From contig CAZSTG010000001.1 in assembly GCA_964609895.1 (NCBI GenBank), forward strand, positions 141,897 through 205,896: a stretch of DNA of 64,000 nucleotides. The letters run 5' to 3'. The DNA comes from an uncultured Gammaproteobacteria bacterium (GTDB lineage Bacteria; Patescibacteriota; Microgenomatia; UBA10105; UBA927). The position numbers and the translations under genes were made by a program. The stretch's first letter is position 1. Every line of letters begins with the position of its first letter. The notes under the pieces are model-generated. The model was given only the letters and a program-made list of their open reading frames with translations. It was not told the DNA's origin and ran no database searches. Of this stretch, positions 31,284 through 40,880 are shown one piece after another.

Positions 31284-32260
31284 TATCGAGAATTGAAATT
31301 TCTCATAAGACCATTGTTTTTACCCTTGTTTTGCTTGCTTCTATTTGGTTGGTATTGCAAATTCGTGACATATTGTTTCTTGTATTTGTTGCATTCATTA
31401 TCATGTCGACGTTTAAACCGTCTGTTGATTGGATGGTGAGTAAACGCATACCACGACTGCTTGCAACGATACTTGTCTACATTGTTGTATTTGGAATTAT
31501 TGGTTTTTCCATTGCATGGACTATTCCATCTGTTGTTGCTGAAATTACAAGTTTTTCACAGGCATTTCCGGCTATCATTGGAAAAATGCTCCCGCATTTG
31601 AATTTGGATTTAAATTCTTTTTCACAGCAACTTGCACCGATTGGTCAAAATATTTTGAAAGTAACCATCAGTATTTTTTCCAACGTGGTTGCCGTCTGTA
31701 TGGTGATGGTGTTTTCGTTCTATTTTCTTCTTGAAAGAAAACATGCGGAAAAAATAGTGACGGGTTTTGTCGGAAGTGAGAAGGCGGCAACGTTTATTGA
31801 TGTGGTTGAACGGATTGAAGGAAGACTGGGTTCATGGATGATGGGGCAGTTGTTTTTGATGATTACGGTTGGATTGCTTTCATATATCGGTCTTGTTTTG
31901 TTGGGAGTCAAGTTTGCCTTGCCGCTTGCAATTATTGCCGGTTTGCTCGAGATTGTTCCCAACATCGGTCCCATCGTATCTGCAATCCCTGCAGTACTCA
32001 TTGCATTGTCAGTATCTCCCGTGAGTGGATTGAGCGTCGGAGTTTTATATTTGGTGATTCAACAACTCGAGAACAACTTAATTGTTCCGCTTGTTATGAA
32101 AAAAAGCGTCGGTTTGTCACCAATTATTACGATATTCTCATTACTTGTCGGAAGTAAACTTGCAGGTATTGCAGGTGCTGTTCTTGCCATTCCGGTTCTT
32201 CTTATTATTCAGGAACTGATTTTAACCCTGACCGGAGAAAAAGAAGAAAAGAAAAATTGA
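31280..32260 (+). CDS. AI-2E family transporter (PerM/UPF0118 permease)
   Basis: 326 aa, about 8 TM. ATGA overlap with miaA. Confidence 0.75.
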   Translation: MISRIEISHKTIVFTLVLLASIWLVLQIRDILFLVFVAFIIMSTFKPSVDWMVSKRIPRLLATILVYIVVFGIIGFSIAWTIPSVVAEITSFSQAFPAIIGKMLPHLNLDLNSFSQQLAPIGQNILKVTISIFSNVVAVCMVMVFSFYFLLERKHAEKIVTGFVGSEKAATFIDVVERIEGRLGSWMMGQLFLMITVGLLSYIGLVLLGVKFALPLAIIAGLLEIVPNIGPIVSAIPAVLIALSVSPVSGLSVGVLYLVIQQLENNLIVPLVMKKSVGLSPIITIFSLLVGSKLAGIAGAVLAIPVLLIIQELILTLTGEKEEKKN

Positions 32261-32263
32261 CAG

Positions 32264-32630
32264 TGCGCTGAAATAACGGTAAGCCAGATTCTGTCATTGA
32301 AGATCTTCATTTATCTGATGCCCGCATACTTCGATCCTGGCGAATGTGTGCTCATAACGGATCAGTCGTCGGTTGCAGCGAGTGGGATTGCCAACGTTTC
32401 ATACCTTTGGCGTATTCAAGACAATTGCTTGCCCTGATCGTAGCCGAAGGGTCGTCTCTGTGACTCTCTCATCCTGTCAATTCAGGAATCGTACAAACGT
32501 CCTTTCGGACATATGTCACCAGTCCCGATTAAATCGGGATCACCGCTTACGCGGAGTCCTCTCACATTCTGCTGTCTGGACTTTCCTCATCCCAACTTAG
32601 TCGGGACGTAAAGATCTGTTATCTCAGCGC
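32264..32630 (-). ncRNA. rnpB: RNase P RNA (bacterial type)
   Basis: Reverse complement contains the P4 5' strand GAGGAAAGTCCAG and P4 3' strand ACAGAATCTGGCTTA, with a compensatory CCAG/CTGG covariation. P1 is closed by GCGCTGAGATAAC...GTTATTTCAGCGC. Length about 367 nt. Overlapped only by spurious ORFs. Confidence 0.85.
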
Positions 32631-32695
32631 GTGCGTATTATATCACCAGAGATCATATTGCGGAAAATCCTGTAGGGGGACATACTGGATATATT

Positions 32696-34222
32696 GTGTT
32701 GGCAAAAATATATTCGGGTGCCATAACGGGATTGACTGCGACACCGGTGACTATTGAGGTTGATATTGCGTCGCAGGGTCTCCCTTCATTTACTATTGTT
32801 GGTCTTCCTGACAAGGCGATTGAAGAAAGCAAAGAGCGGGTGCGGGCTGCCATCAGAAACAGTGGCGCCGAATTTCCCGCGAAGCGGATAACTGTCAATC
32901 TGGCGCCGGCGGATTTGCCGAAAAACGGTCCTGCGTATGACATTCCCATCGCACTCGGGATTCTGTTGGCATCAGGACAGATGAATGCATACAAAGAAAA
33001 AGCGTTTTTTGTCGGGGAAGTGTCATTGGACGGCAGTTTACGTCATACCAACGGCATATTGATGATGGCGATGCTTGCGCGTAAAGAGAAAATACCTGCA
33101 TGTTTTGTTCCGGCTGTGGATGCGTCGGAAGCCGCAGTTATTTCAGGAATAGATATCTATCCGGTTCACACCCTGCTGGCATTATTTCATCACCTGATGG
33201 GTATTGAACTGATACACCCCGTTTTGCATAAAAAATTTGTAGACATGGAATCTTCCAAAAGTTTTGGATTTGATTTTGCGGATATCATGGGGCAGGAAAC
33301 CGCAAAACGGGCAATAGAAATTGCGGTTGCAGGGGGACACAACGTGTTTATGCAGGGTCCGCCGGGTGCTGGCAAGACGATGCTTGCCCGCGCAATTCCT
33401 TCCATTATGCCTAAATTGACAGAAGAGGAGGCGGTGGAGGTGACAAAAATCTATTCCGTAACCGGCAATCTGCCGCAGGGGCAATCGTTCATAACGTACC
33501 GTCCGTTTCGTGCCCCGCATCATACAACGTCGTGTATCGGACTAATCGGCGGAGGGACGCGTCCGACCCCAGGAGAAATTTCACTTGCGCACCGCGGGGT
33601 ATTATTCTGCGATGAATTTCCCGAATTTCCAAGACATGTTCTTGAAGCATTGCGTCAGCCGATGGAAGACGGCATTGTGACTATTGCGAGAGCGGCGTGT
33701 TCAGTCGTGTATCCAGCGCAGTTTATGCTGGTTGCATCCGCAAATCCCTGTCCATGCGGAAATTTCGGATCACCTATAAAACGATGCAGTTGTTCCATGC
33801 AGGCGGTGAACCGATATCGCGCAAGAATCTCAGGACCGATTATGGATAGAATCGATATTCATGTGGCAGTGCCCGCGGTTTCCATGGAACGATTGACGCA
33901 ATCGGCAGCGAAAGCAGAATCTTCTGACAGTATCAGACGGCGTGTTCAAGAAGCACGAGGCAGGCAGGTGAAACGGTACGCTGAAATAAAAACCATGACA
34001 AACGCGGAATTGTCGTCGGGTGCCGTGAAGATTTTTTGTCCGCTTGACGCTAATGCTTCATTGTTTCTTCAGTCTGCAGTCAAAACAATGGGATTATCCG
34101 CACGATCGTTTTACCGCGTCATAAAAGTCGCAAGAACCATAGCGGATCTTGCAGGAGACGCGTCCATTCATGTTGCACATCTTGCGGAAGCGTTGCAATA
34201 TCGTCCGAAAGAACAGGATTGA
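32696..34222 (+). CDS. Mg-chelatase-like AAA+ ATPase YifB/ComM family
   Basis: 508 aa. Lon-like N-domain, Walker A GPPGAGKT, C-terminal ChlI-like domain. GTG start at 32696, or the TTG one codon later at 32699; SD weak. Confidence 0.85.
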   Translation: MLAKIYSGAITGLTATPVTIEVDIASQGLPSFTIVGLPDKAIEESKERVRAAIRNSGAEFPAKRITVNLAPADLPKNGPAYDIPIALGILLASGQMNAYKEKAFFVGEVSLDGSLRHTNGILMMAMLARKEKIPACFVPAVDASEAAVISGIDIYPVHTLLALFHHLMGIELIHPVLHKKFVDMESSKSFGFDFADIMGQETAKRAIEIAVAGGHNVFMQGPPGAGKTMLARAIPSIMPKLTEEEAVEVTKIYSVTGNLPQGQSFITYRPFRAPHHTTSCIGLIGGGTRPTPGEISLAHRGVLFCDEFPEFPRHVLEALRQPMEDGIVTIARAACSVVYPAQFMLVASANPCPCGNFGSPIKRCSCSMQAVNRYRARISGPIMDRIDIHVAVPAVSMERLTQSAAKAESSDSIRRRVQEARGRQVKRYAEIKTMTNAELSSGAVKIFCPLDANASLFLQSAVKTMGLSARSFYRVIKVARTIADLAGDASIHVAHLAEALQYRPKEQD

Positions 34223-34236
34223 CCCGTAAAACGAAA

Positions 34237-34257
34237 CCCAGCCCCAAAGGGGCTGGG
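34237..34257. terminator. GC-rich hairpin CCCAGCCCC-AAA-GGGGCTGGG (bidirectional; U-tract on the minus strand)
   Basis: On the minus strand the stem is followed by TTTCGTTTTAC, so it probably terminates the leftward small-gene operon. Two more hairpins follow (34279-34300, 34304-34318). Confidence 0.5.
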
Positions 34258-34318
34258 AGGCAGAAAATTCTTACGCGTAAAAATCTGCCCGTAGGACAGA
34301 TTTACCCCCAACGGGGTG

Positions 34319-34465
34319 TTACTTTGAGCTACCGATTTTGAACATTCCGGTTCCGCAAGTTGGGCATTTGCCTTTCATTGCCGGTTTGCCGTTTTTCAAG
34401 GTGACTGCAACTGCTGCTGGGTCATCTTTCTTTGCTCGACATTTTACACAATACATTGTTGCCAT
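34319..34465 (-). CDS. small zinc-ribbon protein, 48 aa (absent from ORF track)
   Basis: Hand translation MATMYCVKCRAKKDDPAAVAVTLKNGKPAMKGKCPTCGTGMFKIGSSK. CxxC...CxxC. Textbook SD GAAAGGAGGTG 8 nt upstream. Confidence 0.6.
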   Translation of the reverse strand: MATMYCVKCRAKKDDPAAVAVTLKNGKPAMKGKCPTCGTGMFKIGSSK

Positions 34466-34505
34466 AGTTGTTCTTCACCTCCTTTCATGCTATCAGTACA
34501 CACAT

Positions 34506-34772
34506 TTACTGCAATATACGCGCCAAAAAAAATTCAAATATGAGAAACAGGGAAACAATGCCCACGGTTTTCATCAGATCATTTTTGATTGCGCGGGCTT
34601 CGTCTTCTGGTATCTCCACTATGGATGGTTTCGGTATTTCGGCAGATACAACAGGGAGTGTAAATACGTCGTGGTGAACCTGTGACGGCGCAGAAATGGG
34701 AGTCCCGTCCAAACGTTGGAGTTTTCTTCTGTACTCTGCAATCAGCTTAGCCTTTTTTGTTTTTTTTGGCAT
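34506..34772 (-). CDS. hypothetical 88-aa protein with C-terminal TM anchor
   Basis: K-rich N-terminus and a single C-terminal hydrophobic helix (IVSLFLIFEFFLARIL). Sits upstream of the zinc-ribbon gene on the same strand. Confidence 0.45.
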   Translation of the reverse strand: MPKKTKKAKLIAEYRRKLQRLDGTPISAPSQVHHDVFTLPVVSAEIPKPSIVEIPEDEARAIKNDLMKTVGIVSLFLIFEFFLARILQ

Positions 34773-34912
34773 AGGTGTTTGAGGCTAGCGTTGAGCGTAA
34801 CACAGCTTCAAGAGTGTTGTCAACATCCGCTCAATTTTTTGGAAGGAGTCATCAGTTGACATTGGAACTGTTTCCATACTACTATGATGGATACGAAAGG
34901 TGTTCAAGAAAC

Positions 34913-35368
34913 ATGAGTATTGAAAGTATATTAATTGTGATTTTGGGAATTTGGATTACCGTCATCACAGTCTTATTCATTCGCATGAGCGTTCATTATA
35001 ATACACTGACCAAAGGTGTGACTTCGAAAACCATGCAGGATGTTCTCGCCACACTATTGAGTAAACAGGAAATAAATGCAAAAGGAATTCAAAAACTGGA
35101 AAAATCATTATTGGAGGTTGAATCGGATGGACAGCTGCACCTGCAACGTATCGGTATTGTCCGTTTTAATCCGTTTTCAGATACAGGGGGAAGTCAAAGC
35201 TTTACCATTGCAATCTTGGATGGAAAAGATAACGGCATTATCATGACTTCACTCTATGCGAGAACAGGGAATCGGTGGTATATTAAACATATAAAATCGG
35301 GAAGCTGCGCTGATGTTGAACTTTCAAAAGAAGAACAGTCGGCAATTAAAAAGGCACAACCGGTGTAA
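34913..35368 (+). CDS. DUF4446 family protein
   Basis: Start chosen at MSIESILIVILGIWITV (ATG 34913, GAAAGG SD). N-terminal TM. Motif ...RFNPFSDTGGSQSFTIAILDGKDNGIIMTSLYAR...RWYIK is typical of DUF4446. Confidence 0.65.
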   Translation: MSIESILIVILGIWITVITVLFIRMSVHYNTLTKGVTSKTMQDVLATLLSKQEINAKGIQKLEKSLLEVESDGQLHLQRIGIVRFNPFSDTGGSQSFTIAILDGKDNGIIMTSLYARTGNRWYIKHIKSGSCADVELSKEEQSAIKKAQPV

Positions 35369-35395
35369 TGCTTATCTAAGGAGGAAACACGAGGT

Positions 35396-36580
35396 ATGAA
35401 AAAACAAAATCTGCTCATCAGCGGTATTATTGCAGTTTCACTGTATTTGATTTCAACCGGAGTATCGACGGTTGTTTTTAAGGCTGTCGGCTCCAAAAAA
35501 ACGAACTCGATGACGACACTGCAGGTCGATTCGACAGGGAAAAAACAAAAACATTTTGCGATTGACCCGTCCATTCCCCGTACGGAAGCTTGTCCATTAA
35601 ATGGCAAATTATATACAAAGCAGGAAAAGGAAGTCTGGGAAAAGAGACGACCGCTTGCCGTTATGATTGAAAACCATCAGGAATCACGGCCGCAATCCGG
35701 TCTTTCCTATGCAGATGTGGTATATGAAGCGGTTGCAGAAGGCGGCATTACGCGGTTCATGGGTGTATTTTACTGCGGCATTGCAGCAGAAAATGTAAAT
35801 CTTGCACCTGTGAGAAGCGCACGAACATATTTTTTGCCATGGGTGTTGGAGTATGACGCATTGTATAACCACGTAGGAGGTGCGGGAAACTGCAACGATG
35901 ACACAGTGGATGAGCGGGCAAAGGCATTATGTCAGATCGAAACATACAAAGTTAAGGACATGGATCAGTTTGGTATTTCATTCCCGACCTGTTACAGGAA
36001 TTATGACCGTTTGGATCACACTGTCGCCACAGAGCACACCATGGTATGTCAGACCGATAAACTGATCACTCTTGCGGCATCCCGAGGGTGGACAAATGTA
36101 GACAGCAAAGGGGTTAAGTGGGATGCAAAATTTGAAGAATGGAAATTTAAAGATGATGCAAAAACAGGTGATCTCGGCGACGCGACCAGCATCAGTTTTG
36201 TAGCATGGAAAGGATATGAAAAGGATTACGGAGTGAAGTGGACGTATGATAAGGCAAACAATGTTTATCTTCGCGAAAACGGAGGACAAAAACATCTTGA
36301 TCTGGAAACAGAGGAACAATTGTCGGCAAAGACAATCGTCGTGATGTTTGCAAAGGAAACAGGACCTGTGGATGACCATATGCATTTGTTGTATGGCAAC
36401 ATCGGTACAGGAACAGGACTGTTGTTTGAAGACGGAAAAGCATCAAAGATCACATGGTCGAAACTGGATAGAAGTGCACGCACCGTGTTTTCCGATGCGA
36501 CAACAGGAAAAGAGATTTCATTTAACAAAGGGCAAATTTGGATAGAAATGCTGCCGACCGGAACGTCGGTGACATATTAA
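35396..36580 (+). CDS. DUF3048 domain protein (secreted/lipoprotein-like)
   Basis: Signal/TM N-terminus. ...RPLAVMIENHQESRPQSGLSYADVVYEAVAEGGITRF... characteristic of DUF3048. Confidence 0.7.
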   Translation: MKKQNLLISGIIAVSLYLISTGVSTVVFKAVGSKKTNSMTTLQVDSTGKKQKHFAIDPSIPRTEACPLNGKLYTKQEKEVWEKRRPLAVMIENHQESRPQSGLSYADVVYEAVAEGGITRFMGVFYCGIAAENVNLAPVRSARTYFLPWVLEYDALYNHVGGAGNCNDDTVDERAKALCQIETYKVKDMDQFGISFPTCYRNYDRLDHTVATEHTMVCQTDKLITLAASRGWTNVDSKGVKWDAKFEEWKFKDDAKTGDLGDATSISFVAWKGYEKDYGVKWTYDKANNVYLRENGGQKHLDLETEEQLSAKTIVVMFAKETGPVDDHMHLLYGNIGTGTGLLFEDGKASKITWSKLDRSARTVFSDATTGKEISFNKGQIWIEMLPTGTSVTY

Positions 36581-36608
36581 CTGGTTCCTGCCCCGGAAGG
36601 ATGCATGT

Positions 36609-37196
36609 ATGTTGCTTGAAGATATCATCATCTCACGAGTCCGGGTGAAGATGTTGCAGCTGTTTCTCAGTCACCCAGGTGCGATATTTCATGTGCGTGA
36701 TATCGTGAGAAAAATAGGCGAAGAGATCAATGCGGTGCGTCGTGAGTTGTCGCATATGGAAGTGGCGGGAATGCTTTCCAAGGAGCAGCGTGCAAATCGT
36801 CTGTTTTATGGATTTAGGAAAGACTACCCGTTGTACTTTGAGCTGTTGGAGTTGGTGGGAAAAACTTCAGGACTCGGGTATGATATTTTAAAGCACAAGG
36901 CGAAGCTCGGGAAACTGAAGTTTGTCATGATGTCGGGAAGATATCTGAGAGGACTGCAACGGAGAGGATCAACAGACGTTGATATATTGATTGTAGGCAA
37001 TGTAGTGTTGCCGGAATTATCTCAACTCGTCAAAGCGGAAGAGGTTAGGCGCGAGAGGGAATTAAATTACACGGTAATGTCTGAAGAGGAGTTTGCGTTT
37101 AGAAAACGCCGCCGTGATCCATTTGTTCTTTCTGTTCTTTCTGGCTCTCGCGTTATGATTATCGGAGATGAGGAAGAACTGGTTGAATTGTCGTAA
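36609..37196 (+). CDS. putative winged-helix transcriptional regulator fused to a nucleotidyltransferase-like C-domain
   Basis: N-terminus resembles ArsR/MarR-type wHTH (...IFHVRDIVRKIGEEINAVRRELSHMEVAGML...). Function inferred. Confidence 0.45.
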   Translation: MLLEDIIISRVRVKMLQLFLSHPGAIFHVRDIVRKIGEEINAVRRELSHMEVAGMLSKEQRANRLFYGFRKDYPLYFELLELVGKTSGLGYDILKHKAKLGKLKFVMMSGRYLRGLQRRGSTDVDILIVGNVVLPELSQLVKAEEVRRERELNYTVMSEEEFAFRKRRRDPFVLSVLSGSRVMIIGDEEELVELS

Positions 37197-37211
37197 CGCC
37201 GTTCATACACT

Positions 37212-38597
37212 ATGAAAAAAACAAAACGAACGTTTGTGCTTCTTGTCTTGCTGGCTTTAGTGCTGACCTTCATTGTCATTCCGGAAAACCTGAAAATAAC
37301 ACTGCCGTTCGGTACAACAAAACAAACCATAACAGTAAATCCTCCGGAAATAAACATCAATATATTTGGGATGAACATCCGGAAAAAATTTACAACCCAT
37401 CTAGGTCTTGATCTTGCCGGCGGAACACAGGTATCACTGGAAGCTGATATGACGGGAATTGCCGATGCGGATAAATTGGACTCGTTGGAATCGGCAAAAC
37501 AGGTGATCGAGCGACGGGTTAATTTTTTCGGCGTTTCGGAACCTATTGTGCAATCGGCTGTCAGTGGTACCGCCTACAGGATTCTTGTAGAACTTCCGGG
37601 GGTAACGGATACCGAAGAAGCACTCACGCTTATCGGACAGACTGCAAATCTGGAATTTAGGGAAATTACAGGAAACGCCGTTGATGCGACAACATCCGCG
37701 TATCTGATACCGACGCTGGAAAATACGGTAAGCGTTGGAATTTCCGGAAAAGATCTGAAAAAATCGTCTATAGAATTCGATACGCAAACAGGAGAACCGC
37801 AGGTGGCTATTCAGTTTACCCCGGAAGGCGCAAAAAAATTCGCCGATGTAACCAAGCGGTTAGTGGGAAAACCCTTGGCGATATTCTTGGATGACATGCT
37901 GGTGACAGCTCCGACGGTGAGTACGGAAATCATCGACGGGCAGGGCGTCATAACAGGCAATTTTACTGTGGAGTCCGCAAAACAGTTATCCATTCAACTG
38001 AATGCCGGCGCGCTTCCTGTTCCGGTGAAAGTGGTTGAAAAACGGACTATTGGTGCGACGCTTGGCGCAGATTCAGTGGCGAAAAGTACGAGAGCGGGTA
38101 TCATAGGACTTGGACTTGTTGCTGTTTTTATGATTATCGAATACGGGTGGCTTGGGTTGCTTGCTGATCTGGCACTTGTCATGTACGGACTTATTACATT
38201 TGCTCTCTACCGGCTGATCCCAGTGACATTGACACTTCCCGGTATTGCTGGTTTTATTCTATCCATTGGTATGGCAGTCGACAGCAATATCCTGATTTTT
38301 TCCCGATATAAAGAGGAACTCCGAAAAGGAAAACCGTGGCACATTGCAATGGAGCTAGGGTTTGGAAAAGCATGGGAAAGCATTAGGGATGCAAACTTTA
38401 CAACCATCATGACATCAATAATATTGTTTAATCCTGCCAACTGGTCATTTTTGCCGACATCAGGACTCGTGAGAGGGTTTGCAGCAACACTATTTATCGG
38501 TGTGGTGACCAGTTTGTTTACGGGCATTGTGGTGACGAGAACATTTATCCGCGTGTTATATAAAGGTCCTCGAGTGAAGAAAGGGGAACAACCATGA
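37212..38597 (+). CDS. secD: protein translocase subunit SecD
   Basis: 461 aa. Periplasmic domain plus 6-TM SecD core. Confidence 0.9.
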   Translation: MKKTKRTFVLLVLLALVLTFIVIPENLKITLPFGTTKQTITVNPPEININIFGMNIRKKFTTHLGLDLAGGTQVSLEADMTGIADADKLDSLESAKQVIERRVNFFGVSEPIVQSAVSGTAYRILVELPGVTDTEEALTLIGQTANLEFREITGNAVDATTSAYLIPTLENTVSVGISGKDLKKSSIEFDTQTGEPQVAIQFTPEGAKKFADVTKRLVGKPLAIFLDDMLVTAPTVSTEIIDGQGVITGNFTVESAKQLSIQLNAGALPVPVKVVEKRTIGATLGADSVAKSTRAGIIGLGLVAVFMIIEYGWLGLLADLALVMYGLITFALYRLIPVTLTLPGIAGFILSIGMAVDSNILIFSRYKEELRKGKPWHIAMELGFGKAWESIRDANFTTIMTSIILFNPANWSFLPTSGLVRGFAATLFIGVVTSLFTGIVVTRTFIRVLYKGPRVKKGEQP

Positions 38598-39484
38598 TTC
38601 GGTTTTCCAAATATATCTGGATATATGTCTGCATTTCGGCGCTTGTCCTGATTCCGGGAATATACTCTCTTGTCCGTTTCGGTTTGCGACCGGCGGTAGA
38701 TTTTACCGGAGGAACTCTCCTTGAAATGAAATTTACCAAGCCTGTTGATACGGGAATGATAGAAGCAATTGCAAAACAAGAGCAGTTTCCTCTGATGACA
38801 GTTCAGACGATTGGGGAAACCGCGTACGGAATGCGTGCAGGTGCTGCCACTGATGAAGTAATTACGAGATTTCAAGCAACACTTGCTGCAAAAACCGGAG
38901 ACACAGCACCAGAGTTGTTAAAAAAAGATACGGTTGGTCCTATTTTAGGATCCGAGTTGCTGTTTAAGTCTGTCATTGCGGCATTTCTTGCCATTGCCGC
39001 AATTCTGCTGTATGTCGCATACGCATTTAAAAATATCCGGTTCGGTGTATCTGCAGTTATTGCTCTTGTCCATGACGTTCTTGTGATATTTGGGAGCTTT
39101 TCCTTGTTTGGTCATTTTTTTGGTGTGGAAGTGGATACATTATTTATGACTGCATTTTTAACTACCATGAGCTTTTCCGTGCATGATACCATTGTTATTT
39201 TTGACAGGATCAGGGAATATCGCAAAAAAGATCCGCGCGGAAACATCACGGATATTGCGGATTTGGCGTTAAATGAAACTATGGGGAGATCCCTCATTAA
39301 TTCATTTACCATTATTTTCATGCTGCTTGCACTCGTTTTGATGGGTGGGGAATCAATAAAATGGTTTGCCGTAGCGCTTCTGATTGGTACCATTACAGGA
39401 ACATATTCATCGCCGTTTGTGGCGACTCCCATTATTATTTTATGGGATGTTCTGGAGCAGAAGAAAAAGAAGAGATCGCTGTGA
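38594..39484 (+). CDS. secF: protein translocase subunit SecF
   Basis: 296 aa, ATGA overlap with secD. Confidence 0.9.
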   Translation: MIRFSKYIWIYVCISALVLIPGIYSLVRFGLRPAVDFTGGTLLEMKFTKPVDTGMIEAIAKQEQFPLMTVQTIGETAYGMRAGAATDEVITRFQATLAAKTGDTAPELLKKDTVGPILGSELLFKSVIAAFLAIAAILLYVAYAFKNIRFGVSAVIALVHDVLVIFGSFSLFGHFFGVEVDTLFMTAFLTTMSFSVHDTIVIFDRIREYRKKDPRGNITDIADLALNETMGRSLINSFTIIFMLLALVLMGGESIKWFAVALLIGTITGTYSSPFVATPIIILWDVLEQKKKKRSL

Positions 39485-40850
39485 GCAATGCTTCACGTTC
39501 GTTGGCAAGGGTTCCCTGCTCAACAGCCGCAAATAATTTTGCAAGCGTTTCTCCGACAATCGGTCCGGGTTTTATTTCCATCGCCTGCATGACGTCATTG
39601 CCGTTAATGTGTAGGTCTTTTATAGAAAAAGGTTGTTGCTGAACTTCTTCAAGCCGTTTTTTGAAGAGTTCCAATCTCCATGAAGTTTCCTGAGCGCCGC
39701 CGCCCAGACGGTCGCCGATGCGGAGCGCAAGCATATCGGCTAAATTTTCTTTTCCTACTCTTCGGATGATGCGTCTGATCGCACTGTCGGTCTGCCGTTC
39801 ATCAACACTGAACTGGTGCCAGCGTATGAGGGTGCGAATTCTGTCGCTGTCTTTTTTCGAAAAACGCAATCGTTCAACGATATGTTTGACGATTCGGTCG
39901 CCTGCGACTTCATGGTTGTAAAAGGTGATGAGTCCTGTTTCGTCTTTATGAAAAGTTTTCGGTTTTCCGATGTCATGCAGAAGAGTGGCAAATTTAACAA
40001 TGGGATCTGTGGAAGGACAGTTTTCCATCGCTTTGGTTGAATGAATACCGACATCGTACAAATGGTGACGGCGCGGACTTTTCTGTTCTGTGCTGAATGT
40101 AGGGATAAATTCTGGCAAAATATATTGCATGAGCCCCGTATTTTTAAGTAAAAGGATGCCGTCGTAGGCAAACGGTGCGACCAGAATTTTTAGAAGTTCA
40201 TCACGTACGCGTTCCTTGGAAATTTCTTCAAGAAGTGAAGCTTTCATCTGTATTGCTTTGGTTGTTTGCTCCTCAATCTGAAATCCGAGCTGACTTGCGA
40301 TGCGGATAGCTCGCATCATGCGGAGTGCATCTTCATCAAATCTGTCCTCAGGAACGCCCACTGTTCTGATGATTTTTTTCTGTATGTCTTCCTCCCCGTG
40401 ATACGGGTCTGTCAGTGTCTCGCCGTCCCATGCAATGGCGTTGATGGTTGCATCGCGTCTGGAGAGATCTTCCGCAAGTGTTTTTCCCCAAAGTACAACA
40501 TCCGGATGTCTGTGATCTTTATATCCTTTTTCACTTCTATACGTTGTGATTTCATAAATATCTTCAGGCTTGTCTGTTTCATTGTGCTGCGTCCCGCGAA
40601 GCTTTGATGAAGTGGGATATATTTTTATTCCAACTGTGCCGAATTGGTTGTCATAGAAACTGTCGGGAAAAACACGCAATATTTGTTCAGGGGTGGCATC
40701 GGTGGTAAAGTCCCATCCGTGTGTTTCTTTCCCCATAAGAATGTCCCTGACTGATCCGCCGACAGCATAGCATTCATACCCTGCTTGCTGCATGGCATCA
40801 ATGATTTTTTTTGGTTTTTCCGGCATCACGAATTTTCCGTTCATACACAT
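39435..40850 (-). CDS. cca: CCA-adding tRNA nucleotidyltransferase with C-terminal HD domain
   Basis: ...AVGGSVRDILMGKETHGWDFTTDATP... polymerase-beta head. ...LLHDIGKP... HD motif. An in-frame ATG at 40844 has better SD spacing than 40850. Confidence 0.85.
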   Translation of the reverse strand: MCMNGKFVMPEKPKKIIDAMQQAGYECYAVGGSVRDILMGKETHGWDFTTDATPEQILRVFPDSFYDNQFGTVGIKIYPTSSKLRGTQHNETDKPEDIYEITTYRSEKGYKDHRHPDVVLWGKTLAEDLSRRDATINAIAWDGETLTDPYHGEEDIQKKIIRTVGVPEDRFDEDALRMMRAIRIASQLGFQIEEQTTKAIQMKASLLEEISKERVRDELLKILVAPFAYDGILLLKNTGLMQYILPEFIPTFSTEQKSPRRHHLYDVGIHSTKAMENCPSTDPIVKFATLLHDIGKPKTFHKDETGLITFYNHEVAGDRIVKHIVERLRFSKKDSDRIRTLIRWHQFSVDERQTDSAIRRIIRRVGKENLADMLALRIGDRLGGGAQETSWRLELFKKRLEEVQQQPFSIKDLHINGNDVMQAMEIKPGPIVGETLAKLFAAVEQGTLANEREALLTAISSFSSAPEHPIK

Positions 40851-40880
40851 TTCCTTCAGTCTTATGATACCATAGAGACC

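Noticed and set aside
32373-32994. ORFs 32373..32600 (+) and 32653..32994 (-)
   Set aside because: The first lies inside RNase P RNA. The second is antisense to the comM start region. No coding signals.
34338-34685. 115-aa + ORF
   Set aside because: Antisense of the 48-aa zinc-ribbon gene and the 88-aa gene, which have far better SD sequences and sensible products.
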